Assembly (NCBI GenBank): GCA_050246115.1
Contig: JBFWWP010000018.1
Location: forward strand, 1-28,807
DNA: 28,807 bases
Origin: Planctomycetota bacterium
GTDB taxonomy: Bacteria > Planctomycetota > UBA8108 > UBA1146 > JAJFFE01
Direction of reading: 5' to 3'
The position numbers and the translations under genes were made by a program. This document shows positions 7,165 through 14,865 of this stretch, in pieces. The notes beneath the pieces are model-generated. The model did not search any database. It saw only the letters and a program-made list of their open reading frames with translations, and had not been told where the DNA came from. Position 1 is the first letter of the stretch; the number at the start of each line of letters is the position of its first letter.

Positions 7165-8922
7165 TTACGGACACGTGAAGCGATGACATTGCAACAAACC
7201 CACCCCGGGATGCGATCCACAATCCGGGTAGGGCGGGGGCGGTACGAAGCTGGACTCGAACAACGTCGCGAGCAGGAGGAGTACGTCGGCCAAACCGGTG
7301 GTGGCGTCCTCGTCGATGTCGACGGCGGCCGCGCAGGATACCGTCGTCCCGAGATAGAGATGTCCCAGCAGGAAGGGCACATCCGCGACATCGACCCGGA
7401 GGTCGCCGTTCGCGTCGCCCCGCACGAACATCGGCACCGGTTCGTTCCCGCGATGAAACGAACCGCCACTGCTGCCGTCATGGCAGAACTGCGGCCACGG
7501 CGCGGGTTGCCCCTGGGTACCGATCGCCGGCTGATCCCACGCAAAGATCTCGTGGTTCCAGGTGTGGATGATCTCCATGTCGCCATCGCCGTCGAGGTCA
7601 GCGAGCGCCGGCACCAGTAGCTCCCTATACGGTGCCACGACGCCCGGAGGAAACGCCTTGGGCCAACCGGGCAACGGCTCGAGCGTCGCACTGTTCAAGA
7701 CATGGAGGGTCCAAGCATCCTCGAGCGGGAGGTCGATGCGGTAGATCGACCACACGACAATCTCTAGCTGCCCATCCCCGTCGACGTCGCCCACCACCGG
7801 CGGTTTGTAGTTGCGGTACGGGAGCACGTCCGAGACCTCCTTCGCCACCACGAAGCCGGAGGTGACGACCGAGTACTGGTGCACCTTCGCCACGCGAAGC
7901 AGGTCGCCCGCCAGTACGACCTCCAACCACCCGTCCGCGTCGAGGTCGGCGACTGCCGGATAGGGATAGGTGACCGAAGGCGCTGCGGTCTCGAAGCGCT
8001 TGATGCCGTCCGGTCGGTACGCATGCAGCCGATAGTAGCCGGGCAGCACGATCTCCGGCTGGTGATCCTGGTCGAGGTCGGCGATCACCGGCGTAAACAC
8101 CTCTCCTCCCGGGTGCGGTTGCAGCGGCCAGCCGGGGCGAACGCTGCCATTACCATCGAGAAGCCACACCGATGGCTCCGTGTAGTTCGGCCCAGAGAAC
8201 GGGACGCCCCAAAAGACGACCACGATCTCCGCTCGACCGTCCAGGTCGACGTCGCCGACTGCCAGCCCCGTGTCGATGAACGAGATGGGGTTCCCGACGT
8301 TCGGCGGCCACGTGAGCGACACCGGCCACCCCGGCTGGACCTGGCCGTCCGAGCCCAACACGTGGATGGTCAGATCAGGGTTGACCGCTTCGACGTAAAC
8401 GAGTTCGTCGAGGCCGTCGCCGTCGAGGTCGCCGAGAGCCATAGAGAGTTCGCTCACGCCATTCGCGGCATCGAGCGCGGGCCAGCCGGGAAGGACGCTG
8501 CCATCCGGTCCGAGCGCGAAGAACACGTCGATACCCGCGCCAGAAGTGTGGACTGCCGATTGATGGGGGCCGGGGACCAGATTGCCCGCGAACATCCGAG
8601 CCGAGCCCTCAACGGGGGAAGTCCAGTTGGGCACGAGCTGACCGTTAGTCAGGTATGCACGCGGCCCTTCCAACGGATTTCCCGATGGCACGACGATCTC
8701 AGGGGCTGCGTCCCCGTACACGTTCGCAACGATTGGGATGAACGAGTGGGCGACGGGGCCGATCTCGAAGGGCCAACCGGGCACGAGCGCAGCCTCGCCC
8801 TGCGCAAGCAGACGCCCTCCGAACGGGCCCCCGGCGAGCGGCATCAGGATGAGAACGCCGATCCATCTCCTCAGCGGAGCGGTCTCGCGACTCACTGACT
8901 GGAACGATCGGCTCATCGTCAT
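7165..8922 (-). CDS. Secreted FG-GAP/VCBS-repeat beta-propeller protein with a C-terminal dockerin-like module and Cys-rich tail
   Basis: The N-terminus MTMSRSFQSVSRETAPLRRWIGVLILMPLAGG is a signal peptide with an RR motif, so it may be Tat-exported. It has repeated Ca-binding loops (DLDGDGLDELV, DVDLDGRAEIV, DLDADGWLEVV, DVDGDGQLEIV, DLDGDGDMEII) and recurrent PGWP motifs, typical of an integrin-alpha-like 7-blade propeller. The C-terminus FVRGDANGDLRVDVADVPFLLGHLYLG...IDEDATTGLADVLLLLATLF is a dockerin-type double Ca-loop, followed by PPPPYPDCGSHPGVGLLQCHRFTCP. The ATG at 8920-8922 is preceded by AGAAGG, and the gene starts 23 nt after the upstream gene's stop. Confidence 0.8.
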   Translation of the reverse strand: MTMSRSFQSVSRETAPLRRWIGVLILMPLAGGPFGGRLLAQGEAALVPGWPFEIGPVAHSFIPIVANVYGDAAPEIVVPSGNPLEGPRAYLTNGQLVPNWTSPVEGSARMFAGNLVPGPHQSAVHTSGAGIDVFFALGPDGSVLPGWPALDAANGVSELSMALGDLDGDGLDELVYVEAVNPDLTIHVLGSDGQVQPGWPVSLTWPPNVGNPISFIDTGLAVGDVDLDGRAEIVVVFWGVPFSGPNYTEPSVWLLDGNGSVRPGWPLQPHPGGEVFTPVIADLDQDHQPEIVLPGYYRLHAYRPDGIKRFETAAPSVTYPYPAVADLDADGWLEVVLAGDLLRVAKVHQYSVVTSGFVVAKEVSDVLPYRNYKPPVVGDVDGDGQLEIVVWSIYRIDLPLEDAWTLHVLNSATLEPLPGWPKAFPPGVVAPYRELLVPALADLDGDGDMEIIHTWNHEIFAWDQPAIGTQGQPAPWPQFCHDGSSGGSFHRGNEPVPMFVRGDANGDLRVDVADVPFLLGHLYLGTTVSCAAAVDIDEDATTGLADVLLLLATLFESSFVPPPPYPDCGSHPGVGLLQCHRFTCP

Positions 8923-8945
8923 GGCTTCGCCTTCTCACGACCCAC

Positions 8946-11177
8946 CTACGGGCAATTGTTGAAGCTCGCGTCGACGCAGTACTCCGGAGTCGCCTCCGGG
9001 GTCTCATCCGGACCACACGTCGGAAACGGAGCGGGCGGCGGCGGTCCCCCGCTGAAGAGGTAGCCCAGAAGGTAGACCGAGTCCGCAAGGTTGACCGTGT
9101 CCATGTCGTTCGCGTCGTACGCATCAAGGCAGTTCTGGAGCGCTTGGCCACTGAACAAGTAGGCCAATAGCACGACCGCATCGGAGAGATTGAGGACCCC
9201 GTCGCCGTTGGCATCCCCACGGACGAACGGCACCGTTGCTTCGTCTGCACCGCGATCCGAGCCGGCACCCGCGACACCGAGGATATCCAGCGCCCTCGGT
9301 TCACCATCGATGTCGGCGGTGAGCGTGTAGGTCAAGCCAGGGTCAGCGCTGTCGATGGCGGGGGATGTCTTTCCGGCGATGTGGTAGTCGGTGCCCAGTC
9401 CTGGCAGAGTCGCTACCGTAGCGAAGCCCTCCAGGTTTGCCCCGCCCACCGCCGGACTGAAGGGAGGCAGCAACGAGTAGCTCAGCGCGGTCGCCGTCGG
9501 TGCTTGCGGCAGTTCCGCGAAGTACTCGAGTTCATGCCCGGCTGCAAATGGCAGCACATTGTTCCGAACAACGTTCGAGGTGCCCGCAAACGTCGACCCG
9601 CTTGCGACGAAGAGGCCGGCGCCCAGGCCTCCTTGATCGAGCTCGTTCAAGGTGAGAGTGTTCGCATCCATGCGAAACGCGCCGGGCCCTGGGCTCTGTT
9701 GTGCACTCACGTACGCGCCGCCTCCCCGCACCCGTGCCGTGTTGCGATAGATGGCGTTCCCCTCGACGAAAATCACGGAAAAGCTGGTCAGTTGGGCGTC
9801 GACGAACAGGCCTCCGCCAGACTCCGTCGCGGGCCCCGCCCCTGCGTCGAAGGGCGGATCGACCTGCACGTCGTGGTCGCGGATCTCGTTGCCCACGATC
9901 GAGACCGCGAAGGCCACGGGTGGAGTAATGTTCGTCGCCTCCAGGTACAGTCCAAGGCCCGCGTACCGGCTGCCGCCGACCGAAACCGGAAGAAGCGGCA
10001 ACCAGGTCTCGTTCTCACGGATTAGATTGGCGATCACCTCGAGCGTGGTCGCTGGCGGCGATGGCAGTGTGGGCCGGAGAAACAGGTACACGCCGGCACC
10101 CTCCTGAGCCGTGTTCCGGGCGACGTCGTTCCGACAGATCACCCACTGGCTGCCGCCGTCCACCACTTCCAGCGCGATCCCGCCGCCACGCCGCGGAACT
10201 TGCTCTCCGACGTCGCCGAAGACGTTGTCGACAACCGTGTTGTCGGCAATGACCGCGTCTCCTCCCTGCTGGTAGACGCCCGCTCCGAGAAACGCGCTGG
10301 GTCCGCCGACTGCACCGGTGACCTCATTGTTCGCGATGAGGTTGTGAGCCACTACGCTGTCCAGGCCGTCCGTGAAGATCATGGCTACGCCACCCCCGCC
10401 AAGCAGAGCATCATTGTCGACGATCTCGTTGCCAAGAATCGAAACGGGAGCTTGGATGACGCGAATGCCGCCCCCGTGGTCAAGGCCGGTGCCCAGCGTG
10501 ATCCTGAAACCGTGGCGTACGACTCCACTCGTCGATGCGACCACCGCGCCAATCTGTACGCGACCGGCGGTGGACTGGGCGCAGAAAGATGGTGCGCCTT
10601 GCTCGATCACGATCCCACCATTGACTATCGTGCTTGCCGGCCCTCCGGAAGCAAAGAGCGTCAGCCCACGTGGAAAGCACTTCGGGTCGATCGTCACCGA
10701 GGTGTAAGTGCCGGGTTCGACCTGAATCACGTACGGGATGGTCGGGATCAGGGCCGCTCCGATGTCAACTGCGAGTTGAATCGCATTGGGCGTCGTTGGA
10801 CCGACGATCGCGTCGACAGGACTTGGAAGGGAACTCGGTGCCGGAGGCGCGCATCCTTGGCTTCCCTGGGCCGACTGGGTTTGACCCTCCGAGCCCTCGG
10901 GGGGTGCAGCGGCAACCGGCTCATTCGGCCCGGGTGACTCGCTGGCTGGCGGAGGCAGTTGAGCAGCGGAGCTGCCGAAGTAGTCACTCGCATCGAGGAG
11001 TCCGCCGAACCTGGGGGTGCAGTGGCTCAGAAGCGTCGAGAGGGAGCCGCCCTGGACGAGCCACCAGTCGACGATGAACCGATCGATCTCGTTGGCTTGC
11101 CCGTCACCATCCACGTCGATCAACGCCAACAAAGTGTGCGGAGCCTCGGCACGAGCCGGACACGGGCTCCCGATCAC
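8946..11177 (-). CDS. Secreted right-handed parallel beta-helix repeat protein with an N-terminal EF-hand-like loop and a C-terminal dockerin-like module plus Cys-rich tail; the N-terminus depends on the phase of the upstream (CCTT)n tract
   Basis: It shows the periodic beta-helix repeats IVDND, IANNEVTG, IADNTVVDN, ICRNDVARN, IVGNEIRDH, IYRNTA and VRNNV. The N-terminus carries DVDGDGQANEID, and the C-terminus carries VRGDANGDGVLNLSDAVVLLAYLF...DANDMDTVNLADSVYLLGYLFSGGPPPPAPFPTCGPDETPEATPEYCVDASFNNCP. The annotated start is an in-frame GTG at 11177 with poor SD spacing. The in-frame upstream sequence encodes a perfect signal peptide but lacks an in-frame ATG in the present repeat state. Confidence 0.75.
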   Translation of the reverse strand: MIGSPCPARAEAPHTLLALIDVDGDGQANEIDRFIVDWWLVQGGSLSTLLSHCTPRFGGLLDASDYFGSSAAQLPPPASESPGPNEPVAAAPPEGSEGQTQSAQGSQGCAPPAPSSLPSPVDAIVGPTTPNAIQLAVDIGAALIPTIPYVIQVEPGTYTSVTIDPKCFPRGLTLFASGGPASTIVNGGIVIEQGAPSFCAQSTAGRVQIGAVVASTSGVVRHGFRITLGTGLDHGGGIRVIQAPVSILGNEIVDNDALLGGGGVAMIFTDGLDSVVAHNLIANNEVTGAVGGPSAFLGAGVYQQGGDAVIADNTVVDNVFGDVGEQVPRRGGGIALEVVDGGSQWVICRNDVARNTAQEGAGVYLFLRPTLPSPPATTLEVIANLIRENETWLPLLPVSVGGSRYAGLGLYLEATNITPPVAFAVSIVGNEIRDHDVQVDPPFDAGAGPATESGGGLFVDAQLTSFSVIFVEGNAIYRNTARVRGGGAYVSAQQSPGPGAFRMDANTLTLNELDQGGLGAGLFVASGSTFAGTSNVVRNNVLPFAAGHELEYFAELPQAPTATALSYSLLPPFSPAVGGANLEGFATVATLPGLGTDYHIAGKTSPAIDSADPGLTYTLTADIDGEPRALDILGVAGAGSDRGADEATVPFVRGDANGDGVLNLSDAVVLLAYLFSGQALQNCLDAYDANDMDTVNLADSVYLLGYLFSGGPPPPAPFPTCGPDETPEATPEYCVDASFNNCP

Positions 11178-11212
11178 CCCGATCGCCGACAGAACTGCGC
11201 CCGTGACTAGAC

Positions 11213-11232
11213 AAGGAAGGAAGGAAGGAAGG
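11213..11232 (-). repeat. Tetranucleotide microsatellite (CCTT)5 on the coding strand (AAGG x5 on +, followed by an imperfect AAAG), a candidate slipped-strand phase-variation tract
   Basis: Read directly at 11213-11232. It lies between two ATG codons (first bases at 11259 and 11242, minus strand) and the beta-helix protein reading frame. Confidence 0.9.
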
Positions 11233-11473
11233 AAAGTCGCATAACGTCACCACCTTCATCTCTTGGGAAGCCACAGGCGCCACTCCGGAAATCATCGCCT
11301 CGCCCACGCGACAAGTCAACCTGCCCCTCAGGCCAGCAACGACCGAAGTCGCTGGTGCAACGTCTTTGCTTCGACGCATCCGCGGGCGTGACCCCGTCGC
11401 CAACTTCCCCGCAGCGCCAAGTCTACTGTCGGGGCCAACGCCTTTCGCTGCTCGCCTGGGCAATCGGGGCGTG

Positions 11474-11485
11474 GGTTCGCGAACC
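11474..11485. promoter_or_regulatory. Perfect 12-bp palindrome GGTTCGCGAACC in the divergent promoter region between the beta-helix gene and the POT transporter gene; a candidate operator
   Basis: Read directly. It lies in a roughly 380-bp divergent intergenic region. A second, imperfect palindrome GGTTCCCGATCCGGGACC lies about 60 bp downstream. Confidence 0.3.
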
Positions 11486-11623
11486 GGGTAGGCACGGATC
11501 CCCCACGACGACTCGACCTGATACACTCCGCGCCCTGGCTCGGTTCCCGATCCGGGACCCCGTGACCGTCGAAGACTGCTGGCACCGAGGGTGAGTGTCT
11601 TTCTGGACGAGGAGATCCATCGG

Positions 11624-13618
11624 ATGACGAACGACCGAGAACCGACCCCGCTTCTGTTCGGCCACCCCGCCGGACTGTTCACCCTGTTCTTCGCCGAGAT
11701 GTGGGAGCGTTTCTCGTACTACGGGATGCGCGCGCTACTGATCTTCTACATGACGAAGGGGTTCCTGGGTTACGGAGACAGCGACGCCTACGCCGTCTAC
11801 GGCGCCTACACCGCCCTCGTTTATATGACTCCGTTCTTCGGGGGCATGCTCGCGGACCGCATCTTGGGACAGCGACGCGCTGTGGTACTCGGAGGCATCC
11901 TGATGGCCCTCGGCCATTTGACCATGACCTTCGAGGACAAAACGATGTTCTTCACGGCCCTGGCGCTGTTGATCACTGGCAACGGCTTCTTCAAACCGAA
12001 CATCTCGACGTTGGTGGGGAGTCTGTATCCGAAAGGGAGCCCGCGCCGGGATGGCGGCTTCACAATCTTCTACATGGGAATCAACCTCGGCGCCGCCATT
12101 TCACCGCTTCTCTGCGGCTACGTCGGAGAAACGTACGGCTGGCACTACGGATTCGGCCTGGCAACGGTGGGCATGTTGGCCGGCCTTGCCGTATTCGTAG
12201 CTCCCACCTTCATCACGCAGATCATCATCTTCTGGTCGGCCGCCGCGACCGCGGGATCGCTCTTCTGGTTTCACCCCGAGGGGATCTTCTCGACCCTGGT
12301 GAACTGCTTCATCGCCGTGGCGCTGTTGGCTGCGGCGGGCGTCTCCATCGTGGCGCTCGGCCGCGGGGGACTGCCGGCGCATGTTGGCCAGCCGCCCGAC
12401 CCCGAGCGGCTATCGCGTCCGCTCGTGGCCGGGCTCCGGACCGAGTACGCCGTCTACTTGGGCGCGGTCGTGGCGATTCCAGTGTTCGCGCTGCTGGTGT
12501 CGGGCTTCTCAGGGTTCACGTCGCACGGGGAACCGCTCCAACTGGCCTCGAACGAACTGATCAAGAACCTCGAGAACAGCCCCAACCGAATCGCCCCCGT
12601 CGTCGCCATGGTCGTCAAGGAGGCGAGCAAGCCGGCGGGCCTGCTGCTTTTCGTCGCGGGTCTGGGCTCCTTGATCTACCTCACCCTCGAGACTTTCCGC
12701 CTCGACAAAGTGCGCCGCGAACGAATGTTCGTGGTCCTCATCCTGACCTTCTTCTCGCTGTTCTTCTGGGCGTTCTTCGAGCAGGCCGGCAGTTCGATCA
12801 ACAACTTCACCGATCGGAACGTCGATCGCGTGTTCGCCGAGCGGGTGGTGACCGCGGACGACGTGGGCAAGACCATCCAGCTCAGCCCCACACAGGAACA
12901 GTTCGGCTATTCGAATGGTGGTTCATTGTTCACCCTCGATACGCTGACGGCACTCCGCGCCGAAGAGGGCCGACTTCCAAACTTCCAGATCGACTGGGTC
13001 GTGACCGCAGACAACGTCGGCATGAAGATCGCAGATCGCGGGGGCGAAGTGCCGGCGAGCACGTTCCAGTCGGTCAACGCGGTGTTCATCCTGCTCTTTG
13101 GATTGATCCTCACCGCACTGTGGAGCTGGCTCGGAGCCCGAGGGTTCGAACCCAGCACACCCCTGAAGTTCGCCCTCGGCCTCATTCAGCTGGCCCTCGG
13201 ATTCGGTGCGTTCTGGTATGGCGCACAGACTGCCGACAGCCGTGGCATGGTCGGCGTCCAGTGGCTCATTCTCGGCTACCTACTCCACACGACCGGCGAG
13301 CTGTGCCTCTCCCCGGTCGGATTGTCGATGGTCACCAAGCTGACGCCGGCCCGACTGGCCAGCACTTTGATGGGAACGTGGTTCCTGGCGACCGCGTTCT
13401 CTCAGTACCTCGCAGGGATCATCTCGCTCTTCACGAGCGTGTCGGGAGAAGGCGCCGACGGGAACGTCATCCCGCCGCCGTCCCAAACGGTGCACGTCTA
13501 CGGAAACGTGTTCTTCCAGATTGCGGTGGCGGGCCTGATCTGCGGGTGCGTCTGTCTGGTGCTGGTGCCCGTCATCAAGCGGTGGCAGCACGAAGGAGTC
13601 GTGGTCGAGGACGAGTGA
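11624..13618 (+). CDS. POT/PTR2-family proton-dependent oligopeptide transporter with a large inserted loop domain
   Basis: The PTR2 signature FFAEMWERFSYYGMRALLIFYM is present, and there are multiple TM segments. I place the start at the ATG at 11624, which is preceded by GAGGAG at a 9-nt spacing. The loop of about 90 aa is non-hydrophobic and carries an internal repeat (VVTADDVGKTIQL / VVTADNVGMKIAD). Confidence 0.85.
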   Translation: MTNDREPTPLLFGHPAGLFTLFFAEMWERFSYYGMRALLIFYMTKGFLGYGDSDAYAVYGAYTALVYMTPFFGGMLADRILGQRRAVVLGGILMALGHLTMTFEDKTMFFTALALLITGNGFFKPNISTLVGSLYPKGSPRRDGGFTIFYMGINLGAAISPLLCGYVGETYGWHYGFGLATVGMLAGLAVFVAPTFITQIIIFWSAAATAGSLFWFHPEGIFSTLVNCFIAVALLAAAGVSIVALGRGGLPAHVGQPPDPERLSRPLVAGLRTEYAVYLGAVVAIPVFALLVSGFSGFTSHGEPLQLASNELIKNLENSPNRIAPVVAMVVKEASKPAGLLLFVAGLGSLIYLTLETFRLDKVRRERMFVVLILTFFSLFFWAFFEQAGSSINNFTDRNVDRVFAERVVTADDVGKTIQLSPTQEQFGYSNGGSLFTLDTLTALRAEEGRLPNFQIDWVVTADNVGMKIADRGGEVPASTFQSVNAVFILLFGLILTALWSWLGARGFEPSTPLKFALGLIQLALGFGAFWYGAQTADSRGMVGVQWLILGYLLHTTGELCLSPVGLSMVTKLTPARLASTLMGTWFLATAFSQYLAGIISLFTSVSGEGADGNVIPPPSQTVHVYGNVFFQIAVAGLICGCVCLVLVPVIKRWQHEGVVVEDE

Positions 13619-13626
13619 CGAACGGG

Positions 13627-14865
13627 TCAGCGTTCTGCGAGAACGCGCGCCGGAGCTAGCTTCGCGATGCGACGCGCGGGGATCAGGTTGGTCAGTGCGC
13701 CCAACGCGGCGACCAGGACGCCAGTGCCCCACAAAGCGACCGCGGGCAGGTGCGACTTCCACGACAGGGCTGGCTCGACGAGGGCGTGGAGAAGCCAGGT
13801 GGCGAGGGCGTAGCCGAGCGGCAACGCGAGTAAGGCGAGTAGGGTGCCCTCGGCGACGAGCGGCAGCACGACTGCCGCGCGCGTTGCACCCTCGACGCGT
13901 CGGATGGCGATCTCGGGGTAGCGTTCCTCGATCGCCAGGGTCGCGATGGTGCTGTTGAGGAGCAGCATCACGAACAGGTTGACGATCCAGAAGAAATTCG
14001 CGAGGGAGCTGAAGCGGTCGACCATCTCAATGAGAAACTCGGCCCAGTGCTTCTGTACGTGGAAGAACGGTTCGACGCCTCGGGTCTTCAGGAACTCGCG
14101 AGTGCGATCGGCGATCGAGTCCACGGCATCGACGCTTGGCGCCTGCACGATGACGCCAGACGGAGCCTCGTCCGTCAGGTGAAGATAGATGTTCTTGAAC
14201 TCGAGTCGCCGCGCTGAGATCGACCGTGCCATCGCCTGCGAATCGAACATGCCGAGTTGCTGCCGCAAGGAGATCGGGTCGCGCATCACACCGACCACGC
14301 GGGCTCGGAACTTGACCCCACCGCGGGCAGCGTCGAATTCCTGCCCCACCATGCGCTCCGGGTTGGTATCCAGTTCGCGCGCAAAGGCCTCGTCGAGAAC
14401 CACGGGAGTGATCCCGTCGGTCGTTCGGTCGCCGTCTTCCAGGAAGCGACCCGCGAGCATGCCGCCGGCGAGCACGTTCGCGAACTGCGGCGTGGTGATC
14501 ATGTAGGTCGGGGACCGCTTCGCGCGAAACAGCTCCAGCACCCCAGCGAGCTCCATCTTGAACGGAATGACCGCGCGCACCGCCGACCCCAGCTCTGCGC
14601 GCAGAGAAGCCACATCCTCGCGATCGAGCTTGCGTCCGCTCCCGTCGCCGATCTTCACCCAACCAACCTGGAGCGGGTTCAAGCACACGACGCAGTCGAT
14701 GCCAAGACTGCGGAGATCCTTCGAGATGGCGCGACGTCCCCCTTCGACGACCGCGATGGTCATGAGCACAGAGGCGAAACCGGTGGCAAAAGTGGCGAGG
14801 ATCAACAGCGATCGCACGCGCTGCCGCGTCAGGGCCAAGACCACATCCTGCAGCAGCGGACTCAC
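13627..14865 (-). CDS. ABC transporter permease, FtsX-like (MacB/LolC/LolE/DevC family), second of a tandem pair
   Basis: It has an N-terminal TM helix (VRSLLILATFATGFASVLMTIAVVEGG), a large periplasmic domain and a C-terminal FtsX-type 3-TM region (FFWIVNLFVMLLLNSTIATLAIEERYPEIAIRRVEGA...). The start GTG at 14863-14865 overlaps the upstream gene's TGA stop (GTGA) and is preceded by GGAGG at a 5-nt spacing. The upstream 314 aa of the ORF track entry are arginine-rich junk. Confidence 0.8.
   Translation of the reverse strand: MSPLLQDVVLALTRQRVRSLLILATFATGFASVLMTIAVVEGGRRAISKDLRSLGIDCVVCLNPLQVGWVKIGDGSGRKLDREDVASLRAELGSAVRAVIPFKMELAGVLELFRAKRSPTYMITTPQFANVLAGGMLAGRFLEDGDRTTDGITPVVLDEAFARELDTNPERMVGQEFDAARGGVKFRARVVGVMRDPISLRQQLGMFDSQAMARSISARRLEFKNIYLHLTDEAPSGVIVQAPSVDAVDSIADRTREFLKTRGVEPFFHVQKHWAEFLIEMVDRFSSLANFFWIVNLFVMLLLNSTIATLAIEERYPEIAIRRVEGATRAAVVLPLVAEGTLLALLALPLGYALATWLLHALVEPALSWKSHLPAVALWGTGVLVAALGALTNLIPARRIAKLAPARVLAER
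13631..13647. terminator. Hairpin GCGTTCTGCGAGAACGC (7-bp stem, 3-nt loop) at the convergent junction of the POT gene (+) and the FtsX permease gene (-)
   Basis: Read directly. It lies 13 nt after the POT TGA stop and inside the last codons of the convergent permease gene. There is no U-tract. Confidence 0.3.
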
